Source: Zygnema circumcarinatum SAG 698-1b
Taxonomy: Eukaryota; Plantae; Zygnematophyceae
Length of the DNA: 64,000 bases
NCBI GenBank assembly: GCA_037447605.1
Contig: CM074818.1
Location: 1,004,617-1,068,616, forward strand
Reading direction: 5' to 3'
Translations under genes and position numbers: made by a program
In this document: positions 31,948 through 42,547 of the stretch, in pieces
Position numbering within the stretch: the stretch's first letter is position 1
Layout of the letters: the number at the start of each line of letters is the position of its first letter
Notes under the pieces: generated by a model
Told to the model about the DNA's origin: nothing
The model's database searches: none
What the model saw: the letters and a program-made list of their open reading frames with translations, nothing else

Positions 31948-32156
31948 CGCCACGTGGACCATTGTTGCGTCCGACGTGGCACCCCACGCCCGCTGTACCG
32001 GCGTCGTCGTCGACGGAATTCCGGGTTCCCGGTCAGCGCGGTTGCCACGTGTCAGGGATTGTGGACGTCACGTGGGCCACGTGACGTCCACAATCCACGT
32101 GACGTGGCCCCAACAGCGCGCGTGGCGCCGACGTTGACCTTGACGAACACGTGACG
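31948..32156. promoter_or_regulatory. ACGT-box cluster with a 41-bp near-perfect palindrome (32056-32096) in the divergent esterase/gluconokinase promoter
   Basis: CACGTG at 31951, 32046, 32069, 32078, 32096 and 32148. GGATTGTGGACGTCACGTGG-G-CCACGTGACGTCCACAATCC has 20-bp perfect arms and a 1-nt spacer. Confidence 0.7.
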
Positions 32157-32466
32157 ACATGCTATTGGATGTTTGACTTTATGTGAAAGCCATGTGGACA
32201 AAACGCTTCTCCGATGGAACCGGATAACGCGTCGTAGACGACGGCGAAACTGTCCATGGAACCGCGCGCCGAGACGATGGGATGCAGGCGGAACCCTAAA
32301 GCCACATAGGAACTGCTCGAGCTGCAGGGGGGGGGGGGGTTAGGGTTCAGGGTTTAGGGTCGGGAAGGCGCATTCCCTGCGAGCCCTCAACCCAGCAGAG
32401 CATCGGTTGGAAAGGCCCCCTCCTTGAGCTGTGGTGGAGGTCGCGAAGCAGAAGAAGGGGCCAGCC

Positions 32467-33920
32467 ATGGCTGCCGCCTCGGAGGGGACGTGTGCCTTCG
32501 TGGCGATGGGCGCTGCGGGGTGCGGCAAAAGGTACGGCCGCGCGTCGATGTGAATGCCATTGCTTTTGGTTTCGTTGTTTTTGAGTCTTATGTCAGAACA
32601 ACACCCGGTGGGAGGGAGGGAGCGAGAGAGAGAGAGTCTCTCATGGGTGAGGGCGAGAGAGAGTGGCTCTCATGTGGGTGGGAGAGAGAGTGGCTGTCAC
32701 GGGGGAGGGAGAGAGATTGTGTCTCTCATGGGGGAGGAAGTGAAAATGGCTGCTCTCATGGGGGAGAAAGAGAGAGAAAGAGTCTCTCATGGGGGAGGGA
32801 GAGAGTGAGTGGCTCTCATGGGGGTGGGAGAGAGAGTGGCTGTCATGGGGTAGGGAGAGAGAGAGTGGCTCTCATGGGGGAGGGAGAGAGTGTGTCTCTC
32901 ATGGAGGGAGAGAGAGAGAGTCTCTCATGGGGGAGGGAGAAAGAGAGTGGCTCTCATGGGGCAAGGAGAGAGCGAGAGGCTCTCATGAGGGAGAAAGAGA
33001 GAGAGGAGTCTCTCACGGGGGAGGGAGAGAGTGAGTAGCTCTCATGGGGGAGGGAGAGAGAGCGGCAGCACGGTGGGGAAGCTGTTGGCGGAAGCGCTCG
33101 GCTGCCCTTTCTATGATGCCGACGACTATCACTCGGAGGAGAACAAAGGTGAACCCATCTTCATAGTGTGAACGCTTGCTTCGGATGGTCCGTCTGGTCT
33201 CCGAGAGTGTCGTTCCGAATCCTTTTGGTTCGGCTCTTTTGTTTGAAGTTGGGAGAAAATTCATGTGCAGAAAAAATGCGGAACGGCATTCCGTTAACGG
33301 ATGAAGACCGGTTTCCATGGCTGAACACTTTGAGCTCTCTCTTAGCTCGCCACGTGGCAGCAGGAGAGCCTGCCGTACTGGCATGCTCTGCCCTAAAACC
33401 GCACTACCGCCAAATGCTCCGGTCAGCAGTGAATGCAGAGGAGGGGTCCATGTCAGCGCTTACAACTTCTCGTGATCCCAATACGGTCGCTGGGGTCACT
33501 GCAAACCCTAAAAACTTGAAGAACCCTGAAAGCCTTACAAACACTAACAATAAAAAAAATTCAGAACATTTTGAAGGTCATTCAGGAGAGGAAGAAGCCC
33601 GTTCAGAATCGAAGCAGGCGATGGGTATGAGTGAGCCTAATAGTAAACCTCACAGAGGGATGATGTTTATTCACCTTTCGGGAAGCTTGGAACTTTTCTC
33701 TGCCCGAGTTTCTGCCCGCCACAAGGAAGGGAGTCACTACATGCCCCCCTCCTTGATAAAGTCACAAATGGAGGCGCTGCTTGTGGAGCCCCACGAGGAG
33801 GATGTTGTGAGTGTGAATGCGGGGAAGGGGCCGCGAGGGATTGTGGAGGATGTGCTTCACATGTTGGGGCAGCGTTCAGGTAGTTCCGTTCAAGGAAATT
33901 TGAACGGAACTGTAGCGTAA
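32467..33920 (+). CDS. gntK: Gluconokinase (GntK/IdnK family)
   Basis: Exons 32467-32531, 33069-33148, 33271-33920. P-loop [10 protein letters not shown] spans intron 1; [67 protein letters not shown]. Confidence 0.93.
32615..33062 (+). repeat. ~29-bp degenerate minisatellite (GAGAGAGTGGCTCTCATGGGGGAGG-like), 15 units, filling gluconokinase intron 1
   Basis: Fifteen CT(C/G)TCA(T/C)G cores between 32637 and 33045, each preceded by GAGAG. Confidence 0.85.
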
Positions 33921-34295
33921 CCACCACATGGAGACAGACTTTGTGAGGCTGGCAAGTCACACCCTTGTGACGTTTTTTTGCCTCTGACGCACGTTAAAAT
34001 GACGTCATCATCAACCCGACAACGACGTCATGCCGAATGAAGCGTATGTATATTCCAGAACAAAGGCAGAGGGTCTTGAGAAGTAAACGAAGGAGATTCT
34101 GAACAGTATTTAGTTAAATGATTTGTATTACAAAAATGAGCTCCACATTGATGGTGAAAATCACATCTCTCCGCTTCTCTCCAACCTACACGGGCTGCTC
34201 TCACTCTCACTCTCTCTCTCTCTCTATACCTCTCTTGCTCTTTATCTCTCTCTACCTCTATCTCTCTCTTTTTCTCTCTCCCTCCCTCAGCTCCT

Positions 34296-37200
34296 TTAGA
34301 CTTCGCTCTCCATGCGGGCGATTACTTCCTGCGGGGGCTGCACCTGCACTCCACAGAAGCACAAAATAATAGAATTAAAAAAAACATCGAACTGAACCCA
34401 TTCTGAGCTATTTAGCAGCGAAAAAGGAGGAACAGAAGTGGTTAAACACTGACCATACTGAGCGCCTTGAATGTTGCCTTCACTGTGTTGTGTGGATGAC
34501 GGGACCCAATAACCTGCTTTCACAAAAGATACCATACGCTAAATACGCCTTCAAATCGTTAAAATAAATGACAAATAGTACGAAAGAATGCATCCATGTA
34601 GACATCAAGCAACAGTCAATTGATGTGACCAGGGGCTAGGTGTAGGCCAGCCCTGAACCCTCCCCTTTGGTCGACCTGCTCACCTTCGTCTTCACGTCCC
34701 TGAACCCTGCCAGTCTCAGAATGCCGCCCACAGTGCTACCGGCTCTCATGCCCACGCCATCCTTGCCCGGCCATAGATACACCTGCCCCCAAACAAACAA
34801 ACAGAGGCTTTACTATGCAGACAGAGAGCGAGATACACAGGGAGGGAGAGGAGAAGAGGGAGAGGGAGAGTGGGAGATGGACAGAGAGCGAGGGAGAGAG
34901 TGCGGAGGGGAGGTAGAGAGAGGGAGGGAGGGGAGGGAGAGGGAGAGTTGGAGATGGACAGAGAGCGAGGGAGAGAGTGCGGAGGGCAGGTAGAGAGGGG
35001 GAGGGAGAGGAGAGAGAGAGAGTAGCGGAAGTAAGAGGAACAGGAAAAGAGGAGGTCAAATTTGTTACCTTCGTTTTTTCATACTTTGCCACAATGGGCT
35101 GGTACAGCGTCCGCTCCTCAAACCGCTCAAAGTAGTGCAGGTTGCGAATGGACCGCGAGTACGCCTGCTTTCAAGTAGCAACGGAGGAAGGAAAATATAG
35201 CATGCTCAATATCAGCACGCACATCAAGCACATACATAATCTCATCAACGTAAGAATGTATGCAATAGCAGGCTTCCTCCCGCTCTATTTCACAGACACA
35301 ATTGTAAATTCCCTCGTTCCGATGACGGTTCTTCCTGATATGACACCTCAATTTTCTCTCCCACTTTGTATGTGTATAGAGAGAGGGGAAGAGAGTGAGA
35401 GGGAGAGAGTATTACGAGCACTACCATAAAGGTCTCAACACATTCTTCCAACTTTTGGACACTCCCTATCTTCTTTCTCACCTTGTCTACAGCAGCTGCG
35501 ACTTCTGCCGATTTCCCCTTTCCAAATCCGACTGCTCCGTTCCCATTACCGCACACTACAAAGGCCGTAAATCCAAACACTCCGCCTCCCTGTACCAAGC
35601 CAAGTTCAATATAGCTTTGCTATGAATATTACTTTGATATACCATTCAAATGACAGAACATAGGAGGCGAGGAGAGAAGGTGTGTGTGGGAGAGAGAGAG
35701 GTAGGGGGGGGGGGGGGGGNNNNNNNNNNGGGGGGGGGGGGGGGGGGGGGGGGGGAAGGGAAGGGAGAGAATCGAGAGCTTCTCATTAGGTTTTAAGGTT
35801 TGTAAGGGAAGTATGCACGGTAGAAGATGTGCAGATGTGGGAGAAGAGAAGACGAGAAACGAATGCATTTACATGTCCAGAAATTCTGGAAGCATCAACT
35901 GGATGCTTACACTATTGGAGGTGAGAGGGAGAGGACAACTCACCTTCGTTACTTTGCATGTGCGGTTGACATCAATAACCCGCATTTGAAATTGCTGTCA
36001 TGGAAAAAAAGGATTCAAATGGACAGTGAGAGTCTCATGTTGACTGCACAACCAGCAACGAACCAATTTTCAAAACAAATAACGTATTTTCTTAAACCCT
36101 TTTTAAGATTTCAAACAATAAGATTATCCCAACTGCACACTCACTCTTTTCATTCGGCCTACTGACGGTGCCTCCGTTGGCTTCATCTTAAGCATCTTTT
36201 GGAGCAAAAACCGTCGCATCTTCCGAGGCACGCCTTGCAACTGAGCTTCAATGGGGTCCACATAATCCAATGGTCCATCTTGCTCTTCTTCTGAGCTAAG
36301 CCTTTGAGCCTCTCCTCCTACAAAGTGCTCCAACGCCTCTTCCTCCTCCTCTTCATCTTCCTCCACAGATGCATCAGACAATGACTCGGACAACTGCCGA
36401 TCATTTAACTGTTCGGCAAAGTCTAATCCTGGACTTATATCACTTCTTTTCATCCATTCCTGCTCATCACCTGGGCCATCATCGCCTCCCGAAATGCTTG
36501 TGGCGTACTCACGACGGAATTGCGCAGGTTCCCAGGTGTGACCTGGCGATGAATCCGAAGGTTTTTCTGAAAGAAACGAGATCTTATACGCAGGGGTTAG
36601 TGCCTCTGAGAAGGATGTTCGAATTCAGGCGTTCAACTGCAAGATTAGAGTCAGGGTTACGTTTAGGATTAGGTTCAGGATTAGGGTTAGGGTAAGGATT
36701 GAAGGGGAGTTAGGTTTAGGGTTAGGGTTAGGGTTAACGAGCAGGTTAAGGGTTAGAGACAATAGCTCAAACCAAGGCATCACGGCTAATACAAGAACTA
36801 CAGCTAAAATTAGGTTAAGGTCACGGTTGGGTTCAGCATTAACAGTAGAACTAGGGCTTAGCTTAAGATTGGGGCTAGGATGAAGTTCAAAACAAGCAAT
36901 CGATTTAGGGTTAGAGTTAAATTAGGGCTGACAGGAAGAGAAGAGCTAGACGCATATTTAACAAATTTTTTCCAAAAAAACCTACAACCATGACAGAAAG
37001 CTGAGCCTAAGCAATCGCCAACGGAATTGGCTGAATCCGAATGAATTGAATGAGCTGAATTAAATAATTGGGAAAGCACTTCCGCTGTATCAGCCATTGC
37101 AATCCCACTGCCGGAACCCTAAAAACGCCAGAAAGTTCTCCGTACCTACAAAAACCTGCATGAACCTTTGTGATCTATGCAACCCTAAAAACCCCAAATT

Positions 37201-37365
37201 CATTCAAAACCTAATTAGCTCATTGCGCCCACCTTCCCACCCATAGCCAGCTCTTCTTGCGAAGTAGCGTCCCTGGCTATGGCTGCTGCATGAAGGGGAT
37301 AGTTGAGGGAGAGCAGCTGCTCGTCGAAGAAGGAGAGAGCGAGCGAGCTGCCGGAGGAGAGCCAT
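34296..37365 (-). CDS. RPS5: Mitochondrial ribosomal protein uS5m (plant-type long N-terminal extension)
   Basis: Transit-peptide-like MALLRQLARSLLLRRAAAL. S5 exons: 35944-35994 QFQMRVIDVNRTCKVTK, GGGVFGFTAFVVCGNGNGAVGFGKGK, AYSRSIRNLHYFERFEERT, VYLWPGKDGVGMRAG, VIGSRHPHNTVKA, and VQPPQEVIARMESEV-stop (34296). Junctions of the N-terminal exons are not fully resolved. Confidence 0.9.
36650..36740 (+). repeat. Short degenerate (TTAGGG)n tract in a uS5m intron
   Basis: ttagggttagggtaagg...ttagggttagggttagggtta. Confidence 0.8.
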
Positions 37366-38163
37366 GGCGGGCGGGGGGACGCCCAGAGGGCGCCACGTGT
37401 CCAAGGAGCCGTGGTCTGTCTCTTTGCCTTTTGGGACTGGCGTGCTATGCAGCCCCAGTTCCGTTCGGAGGCGTTCGTTTGAAACTGACCGAGTTGAACA
37501 GAACTGCTCTGTGTTGTAACGGTGAACGGAAGTTGTGATGGTCTCTCGCTCGTCTCCCTCTCTCCCACTGACTCACTTTCTTCGCTTCCATACTCTTGCG
37601 TTTCCTCTCCCTTCCGCTCTCTTTCTCTCCTCTCCCTTCTCCTCTCCCGTCTCCTCTCCCCCACTTTCCTCTCTCCCTCTCCCTGCCTTCCTCTCCCTTC
37701 CACTTTCTCTCTCTCTCCACTCCCTTCCTCTCTCTCTCTCTCTTCTTTATCGATCGGACAATTGTTGTTCGTGATTCAAACCTGAGTACATACTTAAATA
37801 GTCCCATATTTTTCAGGTACTGCAAGCATTGAATGTACGGCTTGAAAGCATTGTCACTGCTTTGTACTGAAGAGGAAAGCGTTCGATGTTGATCAGAAGG
37901 GCTATTTTTTTGCAATCGTGACCTCGGATCATCCATTTTGTCACGACTTCTGACTTCATCCCCAATCTCATCTACTTGTTTTCCTTCCATATTTCTTTCA
38001 TCACTGCTCCATCTTCTCTTTTTGAATGGAATTAAATTTGACTCCACCGTCCAGCATTCATTCCCACATCCCCCCTCCCAGCTTTAAAGTGAACCCACGA
38101 AAAGAAAGGGAGATTCTAGAAAACATCCGAACCCCACATTTCACACATGGCCTTGAGCAGGAG

Positions 38164-39448
38164 CTACAAGTTGGAAGACAGTCTGGAGTCAATTATTCCT
38201 ATCAACAAATCCCGGGCCTCCTGCACCGCCCTCCTTGTGAGGGGCTCCCCTAACTGAGGAATGGCATACGCCGGAATTCCTAACTCCTCAGCCTCTCTAC
38301 GCAGCTCCCTATAAGCTTTCCTCCATCTTTCTGCCAGCCTTTCACTCAAAACTTCCCCCTCTCCCTCTCCCTCTCCCTCTCCATCCTTCCCTCTCCCTGA
38401 ACCAGCTTCGCTCAAAGCGATAGTGGCGAATGACTCGTAGTAAAAAACATCAGGTGATGCGTTCCCCTCCTCGCTGTTACTTGAAGAATTGAGGCTCCGC
38501 ATTTTACAGAGAGGCTCATCGGGGTAACGAACGGCTAACTTCGGGAGTTGATGATGCAATCGCGGAGTGATCCTTGCGGAATCCAATCTCCTCGGAGGAT
38601 TTAAGATTCGATCAACATGCCTGATAGCGGCTCTACAAATAGAGAGAAAGGGAGAAGGGAATGGGGGTTGGGGGGGAGAGAGCGAGAGAGAAGAAAGGGA
38701 GGAGGTGAGAGCCTGGACACTCCATCTCAAAGGTTAAGCTCCTGTTTACCATTCAGGAGCTAACAGAAGAGCGGCAGTTTTAAGCTGCAGGTATTTCAAG
38801 TTCCAAGACGAACTGCGAATGAGAATGAAAAAATTCACCTGGCTTTGAATGCGAGGCATCCACAACGGCTTGTAGTACAGCTCATGTTGCAGGCGCCTGC
38901 ATGTGCAGCAGCAGGGTGGAAAAATAGTGTGAAAAATCCATTGAGGGAATCGAGCACCGGGAAAGCACATGCGCATTCATCTTCCGCCTCTGCTCTAAGC
39001 TAGTCCTCCAAGAAAAACCAAGAATTCTCATAAGGAATTGACAGCATTCACTCGCGCTCAGCTGAATAGACTGATTCCGGTGCACTTCTCCTGTGCAAGA
39101 AATGGACTTTCAAGATGTAGAGGCTCAGATACACTGAAAGACAATGCCGGTGAATGCAGAGAGCGTGGAATTTCTGAAGTACTAAGAAACCAGACTGCAC
39201 AAGAATTGCATGATAATAAAAAAACCATGCCTGCATTTCGTACTCACCGATTTCGCAGCCTTCCCTTTGCTCCTGCCTCAACCCTAACCCTAACCCTAAG
39301 TTTGCATAATCCAAGATAGCACACGTAGCACTATTGCATGAGAGCCACCTCCTTCTATGTAGCACATATAATCTTACTCAGCCTCGCCATCCTGAAGCGA
39401 TAGGGGAGCCAGCCATAGCTGCCTATAGAGGGCGCCTGCGGCAGCCAT
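38164..39448 (-). CDS. Hypothetical protein (~240 aa, 4 exons), family not recognised
   Basis: Phase-consistent GT-AG model 39378-39448, 39086-39133, 38750-38896, 38164-38620 gives MAAAGALYRQLWLAPLSLQDGEADVSEPLHLESPFLAQEKRLQHELYYKPLWMP...LAPEWHVDRILNPP...WRKAYRELRREAEELGIP...IIDSRLSSNL. The ATG context gccATGG is good. Confidence 0.5.
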
Positions 39449-39502
39449 GGCTTCCTTCCATTCCTCTCCTACCCATGGCCGGAGGGCCCGTGGCCTCATT
39501 TC

Positions 39503-39593
39503 GTACAGCCTCTCGTACATTCCGAAATCTGCTACTGTACGGTTCTGGACCTGTACGGGTTGTACCTTCATGAGCGGATCTGAAGGACAGTAC
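39503..39593. promoter_or_regulatory. GTAC/CCGTAC cluster upstream of the hypothetical gene
   Basis: Six GTAC in 91 bp (39503, 39515, 39537, 39553, 39562, 39590); three read CCGTAC on the minus strand. Confidence 0.5.
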
Positions 39594-40077
39594 GGAACTT
39601 GAGAGGGGCTGCTCTCCAAAAGTGTTAACGTTTGAAGTGTTTTAGGTTGAGAGGCTCATTTGTGGTCGCAAATATTCATAAAAAAAGAAAAAAAAAAGGA
39701 GTCATTTTATAAAATCACTATATTCAGTGGTGCCTTCCTTGAATCTTCTTTTTTCAAGTGCTTCCTCCGCCTCCTTGCGCACTTTCGTGCATGCAGTTCA
39801 GCTCTTCAGGGAGCATATGAGAGATAATGGGAAGCTCAGGGGGGGCCTTCAGGGGAGTTCAAGAGACTTTGCGATGTGTCAAATGGCCGTTAGAAAAGGG
39901 CTGCAGAGGAGGCAGGGCTTTGGCGCACATCTGATACCAAAATTATCACACATCATCGTGCCCTTAGGCCCCAACAATCTTATGTACATGACCCATGACC
40001 CATGGCCCATGAGACCCATCATCCATATCACATAGCTAATGACTTCCTGCCATGCCATACAAGCGCTAAAGGCTCCC

Positions 40078-41013
40078 TCAAGGACCCTCATTAGGAAGCC
40101 TCTGCCTCACCCACTCATGCAGCAGCTGAAACTCCTCTTTCACCGGATGATGCCTTTGGTTTGGCCGCCCGTACAGTTCACACTTCACTCCCAGTTTCAG
40201 CAAAAACTCGCACCCCTGCACTGCATTCTCATACTCCACCAGCCGATCATTCTCCCCGTGACTCCAAAGAATGGGAACTTCCTTAGCCTGCGGTTTCACT
40301 AACCTTTCCAAAACCTCATTTTCGATAGGAATCCATCCCCAAAGAACAGCTCCTCCAGCTAAAGGAGAAGGATATGTGAGCACACTCACTAGAGCAGATG
40401 CCCCCCCTTGGCTGAACCCTCCAACTAAAATCCTTCTAGAATCGATTCCTTCCTTCTGAAACCGGTCGATCAATCCGTGAACTTTTTTGACCGCTTTCAA
40501 AACCTCTTCTTCAGAACTTCTCGGGGAATCTGCTTTTATTGGAAGTTCAGGAATGTCGAACCAAGAAGGCAAAAGATTGCCGTGGTTTGACGTGACTGCT
40601 TGAACAGGAGCAGGAGGTATAGCCCACTTCACATGCTCCAAACCCCCTCCGTTCAGTAAATGGAATCTCAGAGTCCTACAATAGCCACCACCCGGAGTAT
40701 CTCCTAAACCATGAAGCCAAATAATAGCAGCATTATATGCTCCTTTCGTTACATTAGTTTGATTCGAGCCTTCCCCTGAGCTTTCTGATTCTTCTTCTGC
40801 TTCTGAAATGTGATCAGCGGAGGGGATGGAGGGGTCACTTTCAAGGTGAGGAATCTTATCAATATCTGGAGACTCTTCTTGAACGAGCTCGTGAAGAGAA
40901 ACAGGAGCAGTCAGGTTTAAAGACTGTGCAGGAAACTGCTGACTGATCCATATCACGCTGCCTATAGCGAAAAGAGCGCAGAGAATGAGGACGGAATCTG
41001 GAGGTCTATTCAT
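40078..41013 (-). CDS. Intronless single-domain SOBER1/TIPSY1-like carboxylesterase (Abhydrolase_2) with N-terminal signal anchor, 311 aa
   Basis: MNRPPDSVLILCALFAIGSVIWIS hydrophobic segment and acidic stem, then IIWLHGLGD, PSWFDIPELPIKADSP, GFSQGG (Ser codon 40413-40411), SHGENDRLV and QRHHP. Confidence 0.93.
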   Translation of the reverse strand: MNRPPDSVLILCALFAIGSVIWISQQFPAQSLNLTAPVSLHELVQEESPDIDKIPHLESDPSIPSADHISEAEEESESSGEGSNQTNVTKGAYNAAIIWLHGLGDTPGGGYCRTLRFHLLNGGGLEHVKWAIPPAPVQAVTSNHGNLLPSWFDIPELPIKADSPRSSEEEVLKAVKKVHGLIDRFQKEGIDSRRILVGGFSQGGASALVSVLTYPSPLAGGAVLWGWIPIENEVLERLVKPQAKEVPILWSHGENDRLVEYENAVQGCEFLLKLGVKCELYGRPNQRHHPVKEEFQLLHEWVRQRLPNEGP

Positions 41014-41924
41014 CTCTTTCTGAGGTGATCAATACAATCAGAAGTCAACGAGCTGAAGGGAATGAATGTTCAAAGGGATGCGACGGATGCCTCGGAGTTG
41101 GAACAGTCTGCAACAAGAGAGGGAGGGAGGGAGGGAGGGGTTGAGAAGAAAGTAAAGCGAGAAGAGAAAGGAGTTACAGAGAATCGGAGTATACAGAATA
41201 TGAAATGGACTGAAATTTGAATGTATGGACGAATGCAGGCACAGAGAACCGCAACCCTAAGAGACAGTTTCATACTTCAGGGCAGTCTTTCTTGATTCTC
41301 TGTACCTTCTGTCAATTTCTACTTTGTTTTTCTATGCAGCACTTGAGCGTTTTTAAAGACTCGGTTGTTCGAAACATAATCCGAACCGAAGCAAAACAGA
41401 AGGCTTTTCTCACAGCAAAACTGAAAAAAGCAAGAGAGAAAAAGATGGCTTAGAAATCATGCTAGTCACGTTCCGTTATTTGAAACGTAAAAATTCCCGA
41501 CTTTAAAGAGACTTAGGGTGATCGGTTTAGGTTTCATCAGGGGAGCTCAGTCCAACAGAGTGTGAAGAATTTCACCATGGGGCGAAAAGCATATGGCGGT
41601 CTGAATGCTCTCCCAAAATGAATATGCTGTTCCCTTCAAAAAAAAAAAAGGAGAAAGAAAATCACTAGCGCATTACATTCATGTTCATTCTTGGCCGAGA
41701 ACTGCTCTCATGCACAAACAGTAAGTGGTTCTGCAAAAGAGTGACACAAGCAAAAGCGCTAACCCTAAACCCTACATCGAAAGCTAACCCTAAACTGTTT
41801 ATGCTGATCCAGACATTGAACCTGACCGAACCTAACTTTAAACTTGACCCAAATTTTACAGCCTGACTAAACCCTCACTCAAACCCTAATGTTAACTCAT
41901 AACCCTAAAAAGAACTAACCCTAA

Positions 41925-42300
41925 CCCTCAACCCCAACCATAACCCTAGTCGTAATCCTAACCCTAACCCTAGCCCTAACCCTAACCCTAACGCTAACCC
42001 TAACCCTAACCCTAACCCTAACCCTAACCCTAACCCTAACCCTAACCCTAACCCTAACCCTAACCCTAACCCTAACCCTAACCCTAACCCTAACCCTAAC
42101 CCTAACCCTAACCCTAACCCTAACCCTAACCCTAACTCTAACCCTGACCCTTACCCTGGCCCTGACCCTGACCCTAACCCTAACCCTAACCCTAACCCTA
42201 ACCCTAACCCTAACCCTAACCCTCACCCTAACCCACCCCTAACCCTAACCCTAACCCTAACCCTAACCCAAACACTAACCCTAACACTAACCCTAACCCT
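41925..42300 (+). repeat. Interstitial telomere-type array (CCCTAA)n, ~60 hexamers, with degenerate flanks from ~41760 to ~42400
   Basis: Perfect core ~41995-42136; variant units CCCTGA, CCCTAG, CGCTAA, CACTAA; 7-mer CCCTAAA units in the flanks. Confidence 0.95.
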
Positions 42301-42466
42301 GACTGAAGCTTCATCCATAATTCCACCAACCCTAACCAAAACCCAGCCCCATCCATGCCTATGCCCTAAACCCTAAATCCTAAACCCGGAACCCTAAAAA
42401 AAGGTCACCTCCAGGTCAGTGCCTTCGCGCTCGCCGCTGCTACTCCCCGCCTCTCCCCTTATCCTC

Positions 42467-42547
42467 TGCCACGTGGCATTCTCCTCCAAAATCTGGCGAC
42501 TCCATCATCCACAGCAAGCCACGTGGCAAAAATGGCTGCCACGTGGC
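42467..42547. promoter_or_regulatory. Triple perfect G-box (GCCACGTGGC x3)
   Basis: CACGTG at 42470, 42520 and 42540, each as GCCACGTGGC, just right of the telomere-type array. Confidence 0.6.

Noticed and set aside
35702-35756. Long poly-G run as a G-quadruplex element
   Set aside because: It is interrupted by an N-gap, so its length is unknown, and poly-G is a common sequencing artefact.
38808-38835. 26-nt GT...CAG mini-intron in the orphan gene
   Set aside because: It is too short for the introns otherwise seen here, and removing it in the modelled frame creates a stop; the frame is open without it.
41921-42226. Poly-(RV) ORF
   Set aside because: Translation of the TTAGGG array, not a gene.
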